From Candidatus Rokuibacteriota bacterium (GTDB taxonomy: Bacteria > Methylomirabilota > Methylomirabilia > Rokubacteriales > CSP1-6), in assembly GCA_003220495.1 (NCBI GenBank), contig QHSP01000041.1:6925-70924 (forward strand): a stretch of 64,000 nucleotides of DNA. The letters run 5' to 3'. Of this stretch, positions 60,408 to 64,000 are shown piece after piece (positions within the stretch are counted from its first letter, which is position 1; each line of letters begins with the position of its first letter). The notes under the pieces are model-generated. The model was not told the origin of the DNA. It was given only the letters and a program-made list of their open reading frames with translations, and did no database searches. The position numbers and the translations under genes were made by a program.

Positions 60408-61360
60408 GATGCGCCCCTCCGCGACGTGGTGGCATAGAGCCCTTCGAACAGGGCCATTCCCTGCGCGAGAACCTGGTGATCATCGGCTGAGGCGGCGAGC
60501 AACGCGCGTACCGCGACATCGATGCCGCGCGCCTCCTCGCGGGGATACTTCCCGTCACGCAGGTCGGCCTCGTGCACGACTTCCGCCAGCCGAACGAGCC
60601 GCCGATCCCGCAGGCGTGCCCGCTTGAGCAAGGTCTCGAACGTGCAGTCCTCGCCCTGATGGCTCAGCTCGACACCGGGCGCATCGAACGGGATCGCGTC
60701 CCGTGGAAACTCCGCGGGCGGCGCGAAGACGAACTGCGCGTCGGGATCGATGAATCGCTTGATCAGCCACGCCGACGCGATGCGATCGATGTGCGGACGT
60801 GGGCGCGTCACCCATCGCCGACTTTGCAGTTTCGTGAGATCGAGGGTCGGCCGGTCCTCACGGCGCACCGGTTCCGGACGTCGAGTACGCATAGCGACGA
60901 CCTCCTCGAGACGCCGCACCTCGGCTCCGCCCGGGGCACCGAAGAAGTCGACGTCACGAATGCGTTGGTGATCCTTGGCAAGACGCGCCAGCTCTTCCTG
61001 CACCCGCGGGCTCTTCGCCGATGACTTCTGCTCTAGCTTCTTGAGAACTTTCCGATAGCGCGCGGCCAGCTGTCGATAGTCGAGATCGCGAGGCTCGTGG
61101 AGCAGGCGTAGTACGTCGTCCTGACTGACATTCTCGATCTGCTGGACCCGAATGAGCGTCGCATCTCCACCCTCGCGCTGGATCTCTTGCACGAGCCACT
61201 GGAAGTCTTCGTACCGCTCCGGCGTGTCGGGCAAGAGATAGGCGGAGCGTTTGAGCGGCACCGCGCCGAGCGACCGCAAGCGGCGCCACACGCGCACGCG
61301 CAAGCTCGACGGGGTGGGCGGGACCCCAACCAGCAGCAGGAGGAGCGGCGCGGGCTCCAT
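60404..61360 (-). CDS. chrB: ChrB-family chromate-resistance regulator-like protein
   Basis: Start ATG 61360: MEPAPLLLLLVGVPPTPSSLRVRVWRRLRSLGAVPLKRSAYLLP (ChrB N-domain)... RWVTRPRPHIDRIASAWLIKRFIDPDAQFVF (Chrome_Resist C-domain). Its stop overlaps the OCD ATG. Confidence 0.8.
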   Translation of the reverse strand: MEPAPLLLLLVGVPPTPSSLRVRVWRRLRSLGAVPLKRSAYLLPDTPERYEDFQWLVQEIQREGGDATLIRVQQIENVSQDDVLRLLHEPRDLDYRQLAARYRKVLKKLEQKSSAKSPRVQEELARLAKDHQRIRDVDFFGAPGGAEVRRLEEVVAMRTRRPEPVRREDRPTLDLTKLQSRRWVTRPRPHIDRIASAWLIKRFIDPDAQFVFAPPAEFPRDAIPFDAPGVELSHQGEDCTFETLLKRARLRDRRLVRLAEVVHEADLRDGKYPREEARGIDVAVRALLAASADDHQVLAQGMALFEGLYATTSRRGAS

Positions 61361-61368
61361 GCGTTCAT

Positions 61369-61444
61369 GAAACACTAGTTTCATCATAGTGTCAAGTGAT
61401 GCATCACACGACGATCCCTTGACAAGAGCAGAAACTATTGTTTC
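61369..61444. promoter_or_regulatory. AT-rich divergent control region with two GAAAC-N4-GTTTC sites and a 12-bp palindrome GTGATGCATCAC
   Basis: Sites GAAACactaGTTTC (61369-61382) and GAAACtattGTTTC (61431-61444) are 62 bp apart. GTGATGCATCAC (61396-61407) and a TTGACA (61419-61424) lie between them. Clearly lower G+C than the surroundings. Confidence 0.35.
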
Positions 61445-61483
61445 ATGTAGTAACAAGAAGATGCGAAGAAGGAGGGGGTGCTC

Positions 61484-61720
61484 ATGGACATAGACGTCTA
61501 CTTGGCTGAGCACATGATTCGCGATCGGCTCGCCGAAGCTCGGGCGAGAGCCGAGTTCGCAGCGCGCCTTGGCTCGCTACCCGCGAACGGGCTCGGGCGC
61601 CGGCTTCTCGAGCTCGGGAGGTCGCTTGTGACGAGGCGCAGACGAAAGGCGGTCGGCACTCGACGGCCGCTCGAAGGAGGGACGCTCGATGACCTACACA
61701 GTGAAACCACTGTCCTGTGA
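61484..61720 (+). CDS. Hypothetical Arg-rich small protein
   Basis: GAAGGAGGGG-N6-ATG: MDIDVYLAEHMIRDRLAEARARAEFAARLGS... 78 aa. It overlaps the SOD-like gene start by 32 nt. Coding status is uncertain. Confidence 0.3.
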   Translation: MDIDVYLAEHMIRDRLAEARARAEFAARLGSLPANGLGRRLLELGRSLVTRRRRKAVGTRRPLEGGTLDDLHSETTVL

Positions 61721-62321
61721 CCCGACGACGCTGAAGGGGCTCTCGGAGAAGCTCATCCTCAGCCACTGGGAGAACAACTACGGAGGCGCTGTACGGCGGC
61801 TGAACGCCATCGCGACACAGCTCGGGGAGCTCGACTTCGCCAAGGCGCCCGTGTTCGTGATCAACGGCCTGAAGCGAGAGGAGCTGATCGCCACCAACTC
61901 GATGATCCTGCACGAGCTGTACTTCGACGGCCTCGGCGGTGACGGCATTTCTGGCGGCGCCATCGACGAGGCGCTGAAACGCGACTTCGGGAGCGTCGAT
62001 CGGTGGCGGGCCGAGTTCGTCGGCACGGGGAAGGCGCTCCGGGGCGGATCGGGCTGGGTCCTCCTGAGCTACTCACATCGCGATCGGCGCCTCGTGAATC
62101 AATGGGCGGCCGATCATACGCACGCGCTCGCCGGCGGAGCGCCGATCCTCGCGCTCGACATGTACGAGCACTCCTATCAGCTCGATTACGGCGCCTCCGC
62201 GGAGCGGTATGTCGACGCGTTCATGGACAACATCAACTGGGCACACGTCTCGCGGCTTCACCAGGCTCACGCGCCCCGCGAACCGGAATCAGAGTTTCAG
62301 GTATGGAGGGCTATCCGATGA
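61689..62321 (+). CDS. Fe/Mn superoxide-dismutase-family protein (divergent, ChrC-like)
   Basis: 210 aa: LSHWENNYGGAV (in place of HH.KHH..YV), LHELYF, GSGWVLL, and LALDMYEHSY (the D..H metal ligands). GGAGGGA Shine-Dalgarno. Confidence 0.8.
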   Translation: MTYTVKPLSCDPTTLKGLSEKLILSHWENNYGGAVRRLNAIATQLGELDFAKAPVFVINGLKREELIATNSMILHELYFDGLGGDGISGGAIDEALKRDFGSVDRWRAEFVGTGKALRGGSGWVLLSYSHRDRRLVNQWAADHTHALAGGAPILALDMYEHSYQLDYGASAERYVDAFMDNINWAHVSRLHQAHAPREPESEFQVWRAIR

Positions 62322-63487
62322 CCAAGCACGAGTCGACCGCGGTCGAGCAGAACACGACCAGACGCCGAGGGGTAGGCTTGCGGGCGCTCAACCCAGAGCG
62401 CGCCTCTCCCGGGTTCACCCTCTTTTCTCCGCTCATCTGGGGAGACGGAAAAGTCTACCTCGTCGACCTTCACGGCAACGTCGTCCACACCTGGAATATG
62501 AGGTACCCGCCGGGCCTGTCCGGCTATCTCACCGAGCGCGGGACGCTGTTCTACAACGGGCGCACATCCGAGGACAGCTTTCTGAGTCGCTTTCCGTTCA
62601 AGGGCGGCGTGGTTCTGGAGGCCGACTGGAACGGCAAGGTGCTCTGGGAGGTCCGCCATCCGGACCACCATCACCACGGCATCCTGCTGCGCAACGGAAA
62701 CGTGTTGCTCAATTGCATGGGCCGGGTGCCCGACGAGATCGCCCGGCGTGTCAAAGGTGGCGTCGAGGAGGACCGCTTTCCCTCCGGCCAGTACGCTCCC
62801 CGGCAGGAAGCTGATGCCGGCAAGATGTACTCCGACTACCTGGCCGAGGTGACGCCTGCAGGGAAGACGGTCTGGGAATGGCGCACCTGGGAGCATCTCG
62901 ATCCCGTCGAAGACGGCATCACCGAGATCCAGGCGCCTCGGACCTTGTGGGCTCAGGGCAACAGTGTCCTCGAGCTCCCTGATGGCGACATCCTCACGAG
63001 CTATCGACCCACCTCGACCGTGCTCCGCATCTCCCGGAAGACAGGCAAGATCGTCTGGAAGCTAAGCTCTCCGACTGTCGCCGGTCAGCATGCGCCGACT
63101 CCGTTGGGGAACGGCAACATCCTGATCTTCGACAACGGCGTCCATCGCCTCGATGACTCGATGCCGTTTTCGCGGGTGATCGAGGTTGATCCAGCGTCGA
63201 ACAAGATCGCGTGGAAGTACCAGGACAGACCGGCGTGGAACTTTTTCTCGCCACGCATGGGCAACGCGCAGCGCCTGCCGAACGGCAACACGCTCGTCTG
63301 CGAGTCTTCGTTCGGCCGCTTCTTCGAAGTCACCGCGGAAGGAGAGATCGTCTGGGAGTACGTGAATCCGTTTTTCGGTAGGCCTTTTTTTGCCGGCGAG
63401 CCGACCACGCAGGGCAACCTGGTCTTCCGAGCGCTCCGTTACAGCGCGGACGAGATCGGCCGGGCCAAGGCGACGGCCCGCGCGTGA
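62318..63487 (+). CDS. Arylsulfotransferase (ASST)-family beta-propeller protein
   Basis: ATG 62318 overlaps the SOD stop (ATGA). GFTLFSP...VYLVDLHGNVVHTW...LLRNGNVLL...VWEW..WEHLDP....LPDGDIL.S.R....V..I...TGKIVWK...GNILIFDNG...RLPNGNTLVCES..GR.FEVT..GEIVWEY. Confidence 0.7.
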   Translation: MTKHESTAVEQNTTRRRGVGLRALNPERASPGFTLFSPLIWGDGKVYLVDLHGNVVHTWNMRYPPGLSGYLTERGTLFYNGRTSEDSFLSRFPFKGGVVLEADWNGKVLWEVRHPDHHHHGILLRNGNVLLNCMGRVPDEIARRVKGGVEEDRFPSGQYAPRQEADAGKMYSDYLAEVTPAGKTVWEWRTWEHLDPVEDGITEIQAPRTLWAQGNSVLELPDGDILTSYRPTSTVLRISRKTGKIVWKLSSPTVAGQHAPTPLGNGNILIFDNGVHRLDDSMPFSRVIEVDPASNKIAWKYQDRPAWNFFSPRMGNAQRLPNGNTLVCESSFGRFFEVTAEGEIVWEYVNPFFGRPFFAGEPTTQGNLVFRALRYSADEIGRAKATARA

Positions 63488-63537
63488 AGACCACGAGAGA
63501 TGGCGAGCAACAAAACCAAGGAGAGAAGGAGAACGAC

Positions 63538-64000
63538 CATGCAGCAGGAGATCACGCCGATCGCGGTACGCCCATGGACACTCAACGGAATCTCGGAGCG
63601 AATGCTGGTGAGTCACTACGAGAACAACTACGGCGGAGCAGTGCGTACGCTCAATGCGGTTCGCGCCGATCTCGCGGCCCTCGATGCCGGGGCGCCTGGT
63701 TATCGGCTCCGTGCGCTAAAGCGTGAGGAGATCATCGCGATGGGCTCGGTCACGCTCCACGAGCTCTATTTCGGAAATCTCGGAGGCGAAGGCAACAAGA
63801 TCCCGGACCGGGCGCGCACCATCCTCGAGGAGCACTTTGGAAGTGTCGGCGCGTGGCGCCGGGAATTCGTCGGTACCGCCCGGTCACTCGCCGGTGGGTC
63901 GGGCTGGGTCTTGCTGACGTATTCCCGCCGGCAGAGACGGTTCTGGAACCAGGTGGCGACGAATCACACGCAGGCCGCTGTCGACGCGGCGCCGGTGCTC
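63538..64000 (+). CDS. Second Fe/Mn superoxide-dismutase-family paralog (3' end beyond window)
   Basis: AAGGAGAGAAGGAG then ATG: MQQEITPIAVRPWTLNGISERMLVSHYENNYGGAVRTLN...LHELYFGNLGG...GSGWVLLTYS... It has the same divergent motif set as the 61689 gene. Confidence 0.8.

Overview
High-G+C bacterial chromosomal window, probably from an uncultured soil-type lineage; taxonomy cannot be fixed from sequence alone. It is densely coding: about 60 protein genes, one tRNA, several gene relics and a dispersed hairpin repeat family. Many long ORFs in the track are antisense or out-of-frame shadows typical of high G+C and were not called.

Main blocks, in order:
1. Hydantoinase and N-carbamoylase pair (1-2026).
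2. A sigma-54-type promoter driving a DsrE-like protein, a PhnD-like binding protein and a predicted pseudokinase fused to a periplasmic binding domain (2220-5820).
3. A cation-homeostasis supercluster: kdpED divergent from kdpF-like/kdpFABC, then mgtE and a KimA-like APC permease (5860-18124).
4. Housekeeping and accessory genes: TPR/GT-C protein, DinB, C-S lyase, PanE-type reductase.
5. A seven-gene minus-strand cluster that looks lower in G+C by eye. It holds a BASS transporter, an unknown protein, a DyP peroxidase, another unknown protein, an OprD-type porin, a cysteine-less E3-like flavoprotein and a Zn-ADH (23131-30989). A VapC relic sits on one side and a repeat copy on the other.
6. 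MBL hydrolase, atypical Nramp, DUF420, FIST and methyltransferase genes.
7. The most interesting system: a tightly coupled ArsR plus six-subunit complex-I/group-4-hydrogenase-like module (36016-43390). Its large subunit has lost all NiFe-ligating cysteines, and there is no NuoI/HycF, Hyp or Fdh partner in view. It resembles the uncharacterised 'Ehr' class.
8. GT4, an RRM RNA-binding protein, DedA, and a histidine kinase / sigma-54 activator operon coupled to a GT4 and a HAD phosphatase.
9. A TatA/B protein fused to an Ada-like Zn domain, lexA with a perfect 16-bp palindrome on its promoter, and an HD-GYP protein.
10. An ATP-dependent DNA ligase / KaiC-RecA-like ATPase / CCA-type nucleotidyltransferase-HD operon, followed by an orphan peptide-type binding protein.
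11. tRNA-Gly(CCC) followed by a decayed integrase, a disrupted ornithine-cyclodeaminase gene, and a ChrB / SOD-like / arylsulfotransferase / SOD-like island running off the window.

All functional calls rest on motif-level reading of the translations and on family knowledge from memory. No database search was run.
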